Shown here: positions 37,648 through 46,659 of the stretch, one piece after another | Layout: the number at the start of each line of letters is the position of its first letter | How positions within the stretch are numbered: position 1 is the stretch's first letter | NCBI GenBank assembly: GCA_016927905.1 | Contig: JAFGLW010000026.1 | Span: forward strand, 43,586 to 107,585 | Direction: 5' to 3' | Source of the DNA: a candidate division CSSED10-310 bacterium | GTDB lineage: Bacteria > CSSED10-310 > JAFGJC01 | DNA: 64,000 bases | Translations under genes and position numbers: made by a program | The notes under the pieces: model-generated | Databases searched by the model: none | What the model saw: the letters and a program-made list of their open reading frames with translations, nothing else | Told to the model about the DNA's origin: nothing

Positions 37648-39366
37648 TTACTGCAGGTAACCCATCGCTTTCAATGCATCGATTTCCCGGATTTCCAGTT
37701 TCAGTTTTCCCGCCGGACCCATTGGTTTCATCCCCTCCATCTTCCGGTCAAGTTCCACACCCCATTCCCGAGCGATATATTCCTGGTCCGATTGTTTTGT
37801 CATGGTATCCGTCAGCAGGTTGACGGTTTCGGCGGGATCTCCGGTCACATCATAGAACTCGGCACGGATCAGGGGCACGGTGTCAGTCCGGGAAACAACC
37901 AGTGAGAGGCACCGGTTGTCACGGGACCGGGATATCGAAGCGGGTGTATCGCATCCGTCGCTGACAATCCGTAATTCATGCAGGCTTCCGGGATCGGCTC
38001 CGGGTATCTCCACAATGCAGGTGCTCCATTTCAGGTCCACCCGGCATTCATGTATGAGCGCACCTTTATGAAAAATGGAAATATTCCGGGGTTGATGATA
38101 GGCCAAGAGAATCAATTCCGGCCGGTTTCCCTTCACCTGGATGGTGCCCTCCCGTTCCAGCAGCATGTCATTGCGGCCCGGAAGGCCCGCCTGCTGAAGA
38201 ATGAATTTCATGTGGCGCCCGTTGCGGATCTGCTGGAGTGTAGCGCCGGAAGTCGCGAAACTTTCGGTGTATGCAGTGCCGGCCGGGCGGCGGCCAGACA
38301 GGAAACGGAACATGGATTGACCCTGTACCTGATCCGGGATGGGGATTCGAGCGTATTGAAGCATTCCAGGCAGGATATCGATGCTTTCCAGAAGGTCGGG
38401 AACAAGTGATTTTTCCGGTTGCACCGGTATTTTCACCAGAAGCGGTACCCGGACCAGCGGATCATACAGCTGTTCATGAACAAATTTCCCGTGCTCCAGA
38501 AATTCCTCCCCGTGATCGGATGTCATGATCAACAGGATCCGATCCCAAAGGCTCGATCCGGTCAGATGGCCAATCAGTTCCGAGCATACGGCATCCGTGA
38601 ACCGGATTTCCGCGTCATAGAGTTTGCGGAAATACTCCGCATCGCTTCCGCTGGCCGGCAGCCGGCCCTGGTTGGCGGCGACAAGATTGGGTCCGGTCGG
38701 ATCGAACGACGGCGTATATTGCCCCGACAGGTAGAAACGTTTGTAAGGTTCGGGAGGGTAATACGGATCATGAGTCTGGTAAGTGTGCATGAACAGAAAG
38801 AAGGGTTCATCCGGTTGCAGAGTCGATAAAAAATTCAGGCCGGTTCTCAGCGTGTTGTCCCAGCCGTTCAGGTCGTCCCGGAAATGGTCGAATCCGCGGC
38901 TGAATCCGTATTGGCCCTTGACATAACCGCCCTCGGTGAATCCCGCCGTCGTGAAGCCGGCGAGCTTGAAGAATTCGGCTGCGGTTTGAATATTGGCGGG
39001 CAGAACGGCATCGGGAGGATAAACGGTATGCTGGCGCGGGTACAATGAGGTGAAAATACTCATGTGGGACGGCAGGGTTCCGGGCAGTTGCACGATTTCA
39101 CTCATGTACTGGATTGACCGTGCGGCAAGCCGGTCCAGTACGGGGCTGACTGGAAGTGGATTACCGTAGCATCCCAGCCCATCGGCTCTGAGTGTGTCGA
39201 AGGAAACGAGGATGACTCCCGGGGAGATGCCAGCGGGGTAAGGATCAAAAACCGTGACACCCGTGTCTTTCGCACCTCGCCCGGCTTCCGGATCCGGGCC
39301 GCACGATCCGGTCAGGAGACAGGTGATCAGAAACAGCGGCATCATGTGGATTTTCTGGACGGTCAT
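37648..39366 (-). CDS. sulfatase-like hydrolase/transferase (alkaline phosphatase superfamily), secreted
   Basis: ..ILVSFDTLRADGLGCYGN.. metal-binding N-terminal block. Signal peptide MTVQKIHMMPLFLITCLLTGSCG. The track start at 39483 is likely a 5' extension. Confidence 0.75.
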   Translation of the reverse strand: MTVQKIHMMPLFLITCLLTGSCGPDPEAGRGAKDTGVTVFDPYPAGISPGVILVSFDTLRADGLGCYGNPLPVSPVLDRLAARSIQYMSEIVQLPGTLPSHMSIFTSLYPRQHTVYPPDAVLPANIQTAAEFFKLAGFTTAGFTEGGYVKGQYGFSRGFDHFRDDLNGWDNTLRTGLNFLSTLQPDEPFFLFMHTYQTHDPYYPPEPYKRFYLSGQYTPSFDPTGPNLVAANQGRLPASGSDAEYFRKLYDAEIRFTDAVCSELIGHLTGSSLWDRILLIMTSDHGEEFLEHGKFVHEQLYDPLVRVPLLVKIPVQPEKSLVPDLLESIDILPGMLQYARIPIPDQVQGQSMFRFLSGRRPAGTAYTESFATSGATLQQIRNGRHMKFILQQAGLPGRNDMLLEREGTIQVKGNRPELILLAYHQPRNISIFHKGALIHECRVDLKWSTCIVEIPGADPGSLHELRIVSDGCDTPASISRSRDNRCLSLVVSRTDTVPLIRAEFYDVTGDPAETVNLLTDTMTKQSDQEYIAREWGVELDRKMEGMKPMGPAGKLKLEIREIDALKAMGYLQ

Positions 39367-39500
39367 CGATGAGTTCCGTTTTCCCGAACAGGCAATTCGG
39401 TTGATGCTGACTATATCACGGATGGGGTGAAAATCATCTTGAAATCCCCGATAAAATTTAATCCCGGGAAGAGGTGTATTCAAGAAATATCAATTCCGTA

Positions 39501-39529
39501 TTGACCCGGAAGGCAACCATCCGTAGGAT
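39501..39529 (+). promoter_or_regulatory. putative sigma70-type promoter of proS (TTGACC-N17-TAGGAT)
   Basis: Seen directly in the intergenic sequence, 68 nt upstream of the proS start. Confidence 0.35.
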
Positions 39530-39596
39530 TTCCACTGCTTCTGTGATCCGGTCACGGCGGGATGCGAAAGGTGGTATCCGGCAGGGAGAATGATGC

Positions 39597-41357
39597 ATGA
39601 GAATGTCAGAGTTGTTTTGTCACACTTACCGGGAGGAGCCTTCGGAAGCTCAGACCGAAAGTCACAAATATCTTCTGAAGGCCGGTTTTATCCAGCCGCT
39701 TGCGGCGGGTATCTACACCTATCTGCCGTTTGCCGTCCGGGTGATGGCGAAAATCCAGGCGATTATCCGGGAAGAGATGAATGCCATCGGCGGCCAGGAA
39801 ATTCTGATGCCGGTGATGCAGCCAGCGGAGCTGTGGATGGAGACGGGACGGTATCAGAATATCGGAAGCGAGTTGGTGCGGTTCAAGGATCGGGCCGGCA
39901 GGCAGATGGTTCTGGCCATGACGCACGAGGAGGTTGTGACGGATCTGGCCCGCCGGATGATCATGGGTCATCGTGGGTTGCCGTTCATGACCTACCAGAT
40001 CCAGGTCAAGATCCGGGATGAACCGAGATCCCGGGGCGGATTGATCCGGGTCCGGGAGTTTCACATGAAGGATGCCTATTCGTTCCACCGGGATGCTGCG
40101 GACCTGGACAGATATTATCCGCATGTTTACCAGGCCTACACCAATATTTTTCAGCGGTGCGGCATCGAGCCGCTGGTGGTGGAGGCGGATCCGGGAATGA
40201 TGGGCGGGTCCGGGTCGCATGAATTCATGTGCGTGATTGATTCCGGCGAGGATACGCTGGTGAAGTGCAATCGGTGCGGGTATGCCGCCAACATCGAAAA
40301 TGCTTTTATCCGGGTGCCGGAATTTGAACCGGACCCGGAGGAACTGCCGATTGAGGAGGTGGCGACGCCCGGCCGGGAAAGCATTGCCGACGTGGCGGCG
40401 TTTCTGAGTGTCCCGGAATCCAAGACCCTGAAGGCGGTTTTCTACAATGCCGACGGCAGCCTGGTGTTTGTGGCCATCCGGGGCGATTTCGAAGTCAATG
40501 AAACCAAGCTGATGAACATCCTGGGTGTCAAATCACTGGAACTGGCGGAACCGGAACTGCTCAGCCGCCACGGGATGGTGGCGGGGTACGCTTCCCCTCT
40601 GGACCTGCCGGCCGATGTGCGCATCGTTGCCGACCGATCGCTGGAGTGGGGCAACAATTTTGTAGCCGGCGCCAACAAACCGGATTACCATCTCAGGAAC
40701 ATCAATATCCCCAGGGATCTGCAGGTTGCCCGGTTTGAAGATATCCTGACCGCCCGGGAAGGAGCCGGCTGCCCCCGGTGTGACCGGGGAATCCTAAAGC
40801 TCGTTCGGGGTATTGAACTGGGGCATATTTTCAAACTGGGCACGAAGTATACCGATGCCATGGATGTAACGTATCTGGATGAAGACAGGCGGAGACAGCG
40901 GGTGGTCATGGGGTGCTACGGAATCGGCGTGGGCCGGCTCATGAGCGCGGTAGTGGAGGTAAATCACGACGAGAACGGCATCTGCTGGCCCCGGAGTGTC
41001 GCGCCGTTCGAAGCGCACCTGGTTTCGCTTTCGGGTGGCAATCGGGAGATTGACGATTCCGCGGATGCGCTCTACGGCGAACTCAGGGCTGCAGGCATCG
41101 AGACGCTGTATGACGACCGGGACGAATCACCGGGCGTCAAATTCAACGACGCGGATCTGATCGGATGCCCCTTAAGGATTACGGTTTCGACGCGCAGCCT
41201 CAGGCAGGGCGGTTACGAAATGAAGGGGCGGCGAAGCAAGTCTGTGGAGATCGCTTCCCGGGAACAGGGCGCCGGCGTCATCCAGGCATACCTGGATTCC
41301 CTGGAAATACTGACTGACAATGTGGGTTCAGTTTTAAAACACGATACCCTAGGCTGA
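39597..41357 (+). CDS. proS: proline--tRNA ligase (bacterial type with INS editing domain)
   Basis: MRMSELF..KAGFIQPLAAGIYTYLPFAVRVMAKIQAIIREEMN.. is colinear with bacterial ProRS throughout. Class II motifs; 586 aa. Confidence 0.95.
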   Translation: MRMSELFCHTYREEPSEAQTESHKYLLKAGFIQPLAAGIYTYLPFAVRVMAKIQAIIREEMNAIGGQEILMPVMQPAELWMETGRYQNIGSELVRFKDRAGRQMVLAMTHEEVVTDLARRMIMGHRGLPFMTYQIQVKIRDEPRSRGGLIRVREFHMKDAYSFHRDAADLDRYYPHVYQAYTNIFQRCGIEPLVVEADPGMMGGSGSHEFMCVIDSGEDTLVKCNRCGYAANIENAFIRVPEFEPDPEELPIEEVATPGRESIADVAAFLSVPESKTLKAVFYNADGSLVFVAIRGDFEVNETKLMNILGVKSLELAEPELLSRHGMVAGYASPLDLPADVRIVADRSLEWGNNFVAGANKPDYHLRNINIPRDLQVARFEDILTAREGAGCPRCDRGILKLVRGIELGHIFKLGTKYTDAMDVTYLDEDRRRQRVVMGCYGIGVGRLMSAVVEVNHDENGICWPRSVAPFEAHLVSLSGGNREIDDSADALYGELRAAGIETLYDDRDESPGVKFNDADLIGCPLRITVSTRSLRQGGYEMKGRRSKSVEIASREQGAGVIQAYLDSLEILTDNVGSVLKHDTLG

Positions 41358-41441
41358 TACCGGGCCTGCCGGAATCAGTCACAAACAAGAAAAGATCATC
41401 AGAGATCGGTTGTGAGGGGTCGTCCGGCATGGGAGGATTGA

Positions 41442-41615
41442 ATGGAACGGCATACGGTACTTACATTGATCATCGCCGGGGCATCCGTTGCGGGCGCGAT
41501 CGTGCAGGTGTTGGTTCTGTGGTCCGCCAGACGCAACCGGGCGAAAGATACAACAGCCGCATCGGATAACGCGGGTCCGCCGGAACCCGGCCCGGTCGGA
41601 ACCGGGAGAAGTGAA
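41442..41615 (+). CDS. small single-TM protein (57 aa), translationally coupled to the downstream outer-membrane protein gene
   Basis: ATG with a GGGAGG RBS. MERHTVLTLIIAGASVAGAIVQVLVLWSARRNRAKD.. Stop TGA overlaps the ATG of the next gene. Not in the supplied ORF track (<60 aa). Confidence 0.45.
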
Positions 41616-42376
41616 TGAAACGTAAAAACACGAGATCGATGCGCATTCTTTCCATGACAGCCGGTTTATTCCTGATCTCGCTGGGCATGGCTTATGCCGG
41701 AACATTCGATCTGGAACTGGAAACCGGAAGCGTGTGGTTCACCCGCAACGATATCCGGATACCGGGTGACATCGGCACCCAATTCGACATGATGGACCTG
41801 ACGGGTTCGAGTCCGGACGGGTACCTGCGGCTGCATGCCGTTTATGGGTTCAATGAATATCATGCCCTGCGGATCACACTCGCTCCGTTGAAAGTCGAGG
41901 GTACCGGTACGCTCGATCAGGATGTATTTTTTCAAGATTCCAGGTTTGAGAAGAACCGGTCGACCACCGGAACATTTCAATTCAACACCTACCGTTTGAC
42001 CTACCGCTGGATGTTCCACCTCGGGGTGAAATGGAATTGGGGGATCGGCGGTGCGCTTTTGGTTCGTGATGCCGAAGTCGCCTTGAGACAGGGAATGAAC
42101 CGGGCATCGAACGACGATCTGGGTCTGGTTCCGCTGCTGCACCTGTATGGTTTATATCGTTTCGGGGAATGGATTTCGGTTGTTCTGGATGCGGAAGGCG
42201 CCGGTTCATCGCAGGGCAGGGCCATCGATGCCGCCGTCAGGTTTGAACACGCATGGCCCTCCGGATGGCGTATCTTTGCCGGTTACCGCGTCCTGGAGGG
42301 CGGTGCCGACAATGACAGTGTATACACTTTCGCCTGGCTGCACCATGCGGTTGCGGGTGCAGGATATCGGTTCTGA
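41615..42376 (+). CDS. putative outer-membrane beta-barrel protein
   Basis: Signal peptide (MRILSMTAGLFLISLGMAYA), alternating amphipathic strands, C-terminal ..GAGYRF (aromatic terminal residue). Confidence 0.55.
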   Translation: MKRKNTRSMRILSMTAGLFLISLGMAYAGTFDLELETGSVWFTRNDIRIPGDIGTQFDMMDLTGSSPDGYLRLHAVYGFNEYHALRITLAPLKVEGTGTLDQDVFFQDSRFEKNRSTTGTFQFNTYRLTYRWMFHLGVKWNWGIGGALLVRDAEVALRQGMNRASNDDLGLVPLLHLYGLYRFGEWISVVLDAEGAGSSQGRAIDAAVRFEHAWPSGWRIFAGYRVLEGGADNDSVYTFAWLHHAVAGAGYRF

Positions 42377-42384
42377 ACTGTTTT

Positions 42385-43632
42385 TCAGGGTCGCCCCGCG
42401 ACCCGGTTCCGTCCCGCACGTTTCGCCTGATACAGCGCTTTGTCTGCCGCCCTGATCGCCTGGTCCGGCAACGGGCGGGTCGGTGAACTTGCGGCAAATC
42501 CGACACTGACCGTCACCTTGATCCCCCCGGTTTTTCTCGCCGTTCTTTTCGCTTTTCCGGTTTTATTCCGGGGTCGTCGCCGGCCTCGCAGATAAAAAGG
42601 TTGGGTTGCGATGGCTTGTCTCAGGTTCTCCAGGTGGGTTCTGATGGATTTTGCATCCAGTCCCGGGAAAATGACGGCAAATTCCTCCCCCCCGAACCGG
42701 AACACCCTTCCGCCGCCTCCGACCGAATCCAACCGGGATGAAATCATACGCAGGATCTGATCGCCGGTATCATGGCCGTAGCGGTCGTTTATTTTCTTGA
42801 AATGGTCGATATCGATCATGGCAACGGTATATTGGGTGTCCAGTTGTCCCAGATATTGATTGAGGGCCCGGCGTCCCGGAAGGCCGGTCAATTCGTCCCG
42901 GTATGCCATCCGGTACACCGCATCCAGGATGGAGGATATCACGATGAGTCCGGCTGCAGGAAAAAAAACCCGGTCGGATGGATTGGGATTTCGAATGACA
43001 AATGCACCTCCCGTTGCCACCGTTGCGAACAGATAGGCGGTGGTGACGGATTGAGGCTGTTTCCAGACTTTAGCAACGATAACGGCAAGGGCGGCGAACC
43101 AGGCCAGGCCTGCGGGCTGCCCCGGAGGAATATCGAATATCCCGCCGGGAATGATCCGGAAAGTCAGGACTTCGTGTACGGCGCTCGGAAAAAACCGGAA
43201 AACCGCCATCCACAGGAATATTTCTAACCCGATTATTCCGAAACGAAGCACATTTATCAGGGAAAAAAACCGTCTTTCCCTTATCCATACCGCGGTCATC
43301 AAATGTAAAGGAATCAAGACAGCAAGGCATTTCAACGGGTCGCCGTATCCTGTTTGTGCTGCAGGTTGGATTGTGAAAAGACGTATCCAGGTGAAATCGG
43401 CGACTCCGATCAGAATCAGGAAAAGCGACTGCCGGTGCCGCCGGTAGACGAGGCCCAGGCCGATACCCGTCAGATAGACCGCATACAGGTATGGGGACAG
43501 GAAATGACGGGCCAGCTCTGGATTGTGTCTGGCCGTTATTACAACCGGGAGGGTGATGAGAAAAACGATCCCCGACGGCCAGAGGAGATTTCCCGGGATA
43601 TTCCGTGTGCCGGTGGATTTCATGTATTCCAT
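42385..43632 (-). CDS. membrane-bound diguanylate cyclase (GGDEF domain; N-terminal multi-TM sensor region)
   Basis: ..IDIDHFKKINDRYGHDTGDQIL..RFGGEEFAV (GGEEF active site). 6-7 N-terminal TM helices. Start set at the internal ATG to avoid overlap with the upstream gene. Confidence 0.85.
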   Translation of the reverse strand: MEYMKSTGTRNIPGNLLWPSGIVFLITLPVVITARHNPELARHFLSPYLYAVYLTGIGLGLVYRRHRQSLFLILIGVADFTWIRLFTIQPAAQTGYGDPLKCLAVLIPLHLMTAVWIRERRFFSLINVLRFGIIGLEIFLWMAVFRFFPSAVHEVLTFRIIPGGIFDIPPGQPAGLAWFAALAVIVAKVWKQPQSVTTAYLFATVATGGAFVIRNPNPSDRVFFPAAGLIVISSILDAVYRMAYRDELTGLPGRRALNQYLGQLDTQYTVAMIDIDHFKKINDRYGHDTGDQILRMISSRLDSVGGGGRVFRFGGEEFAVIFPGLDAKSIRTHLENLRQAIATQPFYLRGRRRPRNKTGKAKRTARKTGGIKVTVSVGFAASSPTRPLPDQAIRAADKALYQAKRAGRNRVAGRP

Positions 43633-43660
43633 GTTCGGTGCGGGAATCTGCCGGTGGAGG

Positions 43661-46414
43661 TCATCGTGCGGGCAGCTTCGACAAGAGGATCTCCGGAGTA
43701 ACCGGTATTCGGTTGAATTGGATTCCCGCAGCATCGGTGACGGCATTCAGTATGGCCGGTGCGGCAGCCAGGGTGGCCGGTTCACCCAGACCCTTTGCTC
43801 CCATCGGGCCCAATGGATCCGGAGTTTCGACGAAAACGACATCGATATCGGGAACATCGCCGAATCGCATGAGCTGATATGTGTTGAAATCCAGAGTCTG
43901 CGGGATCCCTTCCTTTACTCTGTATTCTTCAGACAGCACCAATCCGGCGGCCATGACCGCGCCGCCGGTGACCTGACTTTTCGCCAGTTCCGGATGAATG
44001 ATGCGTCCGGAATCGTGTGCACAGGTCATCCGGATCACCCGAATCTTGCCATTTTTCAAATTCACGGAGACTTCCGAGCATGCAGCGGCAAACGCATAGG
44101 TCCGATAGACATCGCCCTGGCCTGTGGACGGGTCCAGCGGCTCTGTAGGATTAAAATATCTCGCTTTTTGAACCAGGTTCAAATTTCTTCTGAATGCTTC
44201 GCTGATCAGATCGTTCCAGGAGATTTCGCCATGTCCCCGGCTTTTCCATTTACCGGAGTGGATTTCGATGGTTTGGGGATCGGCTTTCAGCAGATCGGCG
44301 GCAACCGGCAGGAGGATTTGTTTTAATCTGGTGCAGGCTTTCAATACCGCGTTACCGGTCACGAAGGTTTGCCGGGATGCAACGGTGGAGCCGCTGTCGG
44401 GAGTTCGCTTTGTATCACCGGTTTCAAGGTATGCGCTGGAGCGCGGAGTGCCCAGCGTTTCCAGGGCGATCTGCAGGAGCACCGTTGAGGATCCCTGCCC
44501 GTAATCGACGGCGCCGGTAGCCAGGTGGGCATTTCCGTCCGGGTCGATCCGGATTTCGGCCTGACCCTTATCGGGGATTCCGTTTCCGTACCCGATTCCG
44601 TAAAATGCGCCGGCGATACCATACCCGATTGAAATATTACCCTTAACCTGTCTTCCCCGGGCGGGCCCGGGCCATCTGAACCGCCGCGCGGCGGCGTGCA
44701 GGACGGGCGGCAGGGCATCCGTACCCGTCAGTTCCTGTCCCGTTGCCGTTTGGCTGTGATTGACCAGGGCATTTTTGATCCTGAATTCCAGCGGATCCAT
44801 TTTCAACATACCGGCGATGTGGTTCATGTGGTATTCTGCAGCGAGCAGGGACTGGGTTGCGCCGAACCCCCGCATCGCTCCTGAAAAAGCGGAATTTGTA
44901 TAGACGGACTGACCCGCCAGCCGGACGGACGGAATATCATACGGCCCGGTTGAGTGAACGAGGGATTTTCTCAGGATATTGGGTGCCCATGATGCGTAAG
45001 CACCGGTATCGGCTTTCAGATCGATTTCCAGACTCCGCACCCGTCCGGTGGAATCGACCGCTGACCGGTGGATGATTCGAACGGGATGCCGTTTGGTTGT
45101 GCTGCGGAAAGATTCTTCGCGATTGAGAACAACCTTTGCGGGCCGCCGGGTAATCCAGCAGGCCAAGGCGGCCAGAGGCTGGGCGATCATATCTTCGCGT
45201 TTGCCGAATGCCCCGCCGGTGTGCGCCTGGATGACCCGGATCCGATGACTCTGCCTGGGTGGAATTCCCAGGATCCGCATCAATTCCAGGCGGTCGAAAA
45301 AAACATTCTGGGACGGACCGATGACGGTCAGAACGCCGTCCGAGTCGATATGGGCAACAGCCGCTTCCGTTTCCAGAAGAGCGTGCTCGATGAATCCTGT
45401 TTCAAACCGGTCTTCTACGATGGCAGTCTGGTTTTCTGCATCCGGTTTCCCCTCTTTTTTTACGACCATTGCGGATGCGGTATTCCCGGTTTCCCAGATA
45501 GGGGACGCACCGGGTTCCAATGCATCTTCCATGCTGTAGATACCGGGCACGGGAACAGTTTTCACGATCACTTTGCCCGCAGCCGCCCGGGCGGTTTCGG
45601 GAGATTGGGCGATCACCAGTGCGACGCAATCGCCCCAGAACCGGATGGCATGTTCAGCCAGAACCGGCCGGTCCGCCTTCCACCGGCCGACGGCGTTCAA
45701 ACCCGGGATGTCTTTCCAGGTCAGAACCCGAATCACACCGGGTATCGCCAGTGCATCATTCGGTTCAATGTTAACAATCCTGCCGCTCGGGACCGGTGTC
45801 CACACCGGTGCGGCATGAACCATATCCGGGAAATTGTAATCCGCCGAGAAGAGGGCGCGCCCCGTCACCTTTTCGATCCCGTCGATGCGCCAGGGGGATT
45901 GCCCGACTCCCCAGCCGGTATCCCGGGGAGCGGTTTGATTTCTCAACGATTCCGCCGCCGCGAGAACGGCATTCTCAATGGGAAGATATCCGGTACACCG
46001 GCACAGATTTCCTTTCAACGCACGCCTGACGTCCGTTCTGTCCGGCCGGGCATTCCGAAGCAGTAATGCGTACGCCGACATCAGCATTCCCGGAGTGCAG
46101 TATCCGCACTGCACGGCGCCGGAGCTTAAAAACGCCGCCTGGAGAGGGTGCAGGGTGTCAATTTCGGCCAGGCCTTCGACCGTGATGATTTCGCATCCAT
46201 CCGCTTTGAAGGCCGGGTACCGGCAGGATCGCACCGCGCTTCCGTTGACGACGATCGTGCAGGCTCCGCAGGAACCGCTGCTGCATCCACGTTTTGCGCC
46301 GGTCAGCTCGAGACGGTTTCTCAGAACATCCAGAAGCATTTCCCGGGACGTAACCGGTAAAGAACAGTGCCGGCTGTTCACGGAAAACGAGATGATCCTG
46401 CTTCCGGTTACCAT
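43661..46414 (-). CDS. xanthine-oxidase-family molybdoenzyme, MOP-type aldehyde oxidoreductase (N-terminal 2x[2Fe-2S] domains fused to Moco-binding domains, no FAD domain)
   Basis: GCSSGSCGACTIVVNGSAVRSC and ..QCGYCTPGMLMS..NLCRCTGY [2Fe-2S] motifs, then aldehyde-oxidase a/b hammerhead and Moco domains. 917 aa, like Desulfovibrio MOP (907 aa). Confidence 0.85.
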   Translation of the reverse strand: MVTGSRIISFSVNSRHCSLPVTSREMLLDVLRNRLELTGAKRGCSSGSCGACTIVVNGSAVRSCRYPAFKADGCEIITVEGLAEIDTLHPLQAAFLSSGAVQCGYCTPGMLMSAYALLLRNARPDRTDVRRALKGNLCRCTGYLPIENAVLAAAESLRNQTAPRDTGWGVGQSPWRIDGIEKVTGRALFSADYNFPDMVHAAPVWTPVPSGRIVNIEPNDALAIPGVIRVLTWKDIPGLNAVGRWKADRPVLAEHAIRFWGDCVALVIAQSPETARAAAGKVIVKTVPVPGIYSMEDALEPGASPIWETGNTASAMVVKKEGKPDAENQTAIVEDRFETGFIEHALLETEAAVAHIDSDGVLTVIGPSQNVFFDRLELMRILGIPPRQSHRIRVIQAHTGGAFGKREDMIAQPLAALACWITRRPAKVVLNREESFRSTTKRHPVRIIHRSAVDSTGRVRSLEIDLKADTGAYASWAPNILRKSLVHSTGPYDIPSVRLAGQSVYTNSAFSGAMRGFGATQSLLAAEYHMNHIAGMLKMDPLEFRIKNALVNHSQTATGQELTGTDALPPVLHAAARRFRWPGPARGRQVKGNISIGYGIAGAFYGIGYGNGIPDKGQAEIRIDPDGNAHLATGAVDYGQGSSTVLLQIALETLGTPRSSAYLETGDTKRTPDSGSTVASRQTFVTGNAVLKACTRLKQILLPVAADLLKADPQTIEIHSGKWKSRGHGEISWNDLISEAFRRNLNLVQKARYFNPTEPLDPSTGQGDVYRTYAFAAACSEVSVNLKNGKIRVIRMTCAHDSGRIIHPELAKSQVTGGAVMAAGLVLSEEYRVKEGIPQTLDFNTYQLMRFGDVPDIDVVFVETPDPLGPMGAKGLGEPATLAAAPAILNAVTDAAGIQFNRIPVTPEILLSKLPAR

Positions 46415-46659
46415 ATCGATTTTGAGGCCGGTCGGACCATTTCGGTGAGCGTTTCCGGGAACAGACCCCAGAAAATGGTAGGAATGAGTGTCGGCAAAAC
46501 AACGAACCAGACAGCCGGATCCCAGGCGACAGCAGCCGTCACCGCGTTGTTTGTCCGGTTGAAAGGGTGGCGGAACCGGTTGGCGAGAAAAAACAAAAGA
46601 GCGAAACCTGCCAGGATAAATTCAGGTCCCAGAGCGTTCAGTAAGGGAGCCTGAAACAT
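46408..46659 (-). CDS. small 2-TM membrane protein (83 aa), coupled between the NuoM-like gene and the MOP gene
   Basis: TGATG overlap with the upstream gene and a 7-nt overlap with the downstream gene. Two hydrophobic helices. Confidence 0.5.
   Translation of the reverse strand: MFQAPLLNALGPEFILAGFALLFFLANRFRHPFNRTNNAVTAAVAWDPAVWFVVLPTLIPTIFWGLFPETLTEMVRPASKSIW

Noticed and set aside
41379-41705. Track ORF 41379-41705 (-)
   Set aside because: It is antisense to the well-supported small TM ORF and OMP gene start. Its sequence is Cys/Arg-rich and low-complexity.
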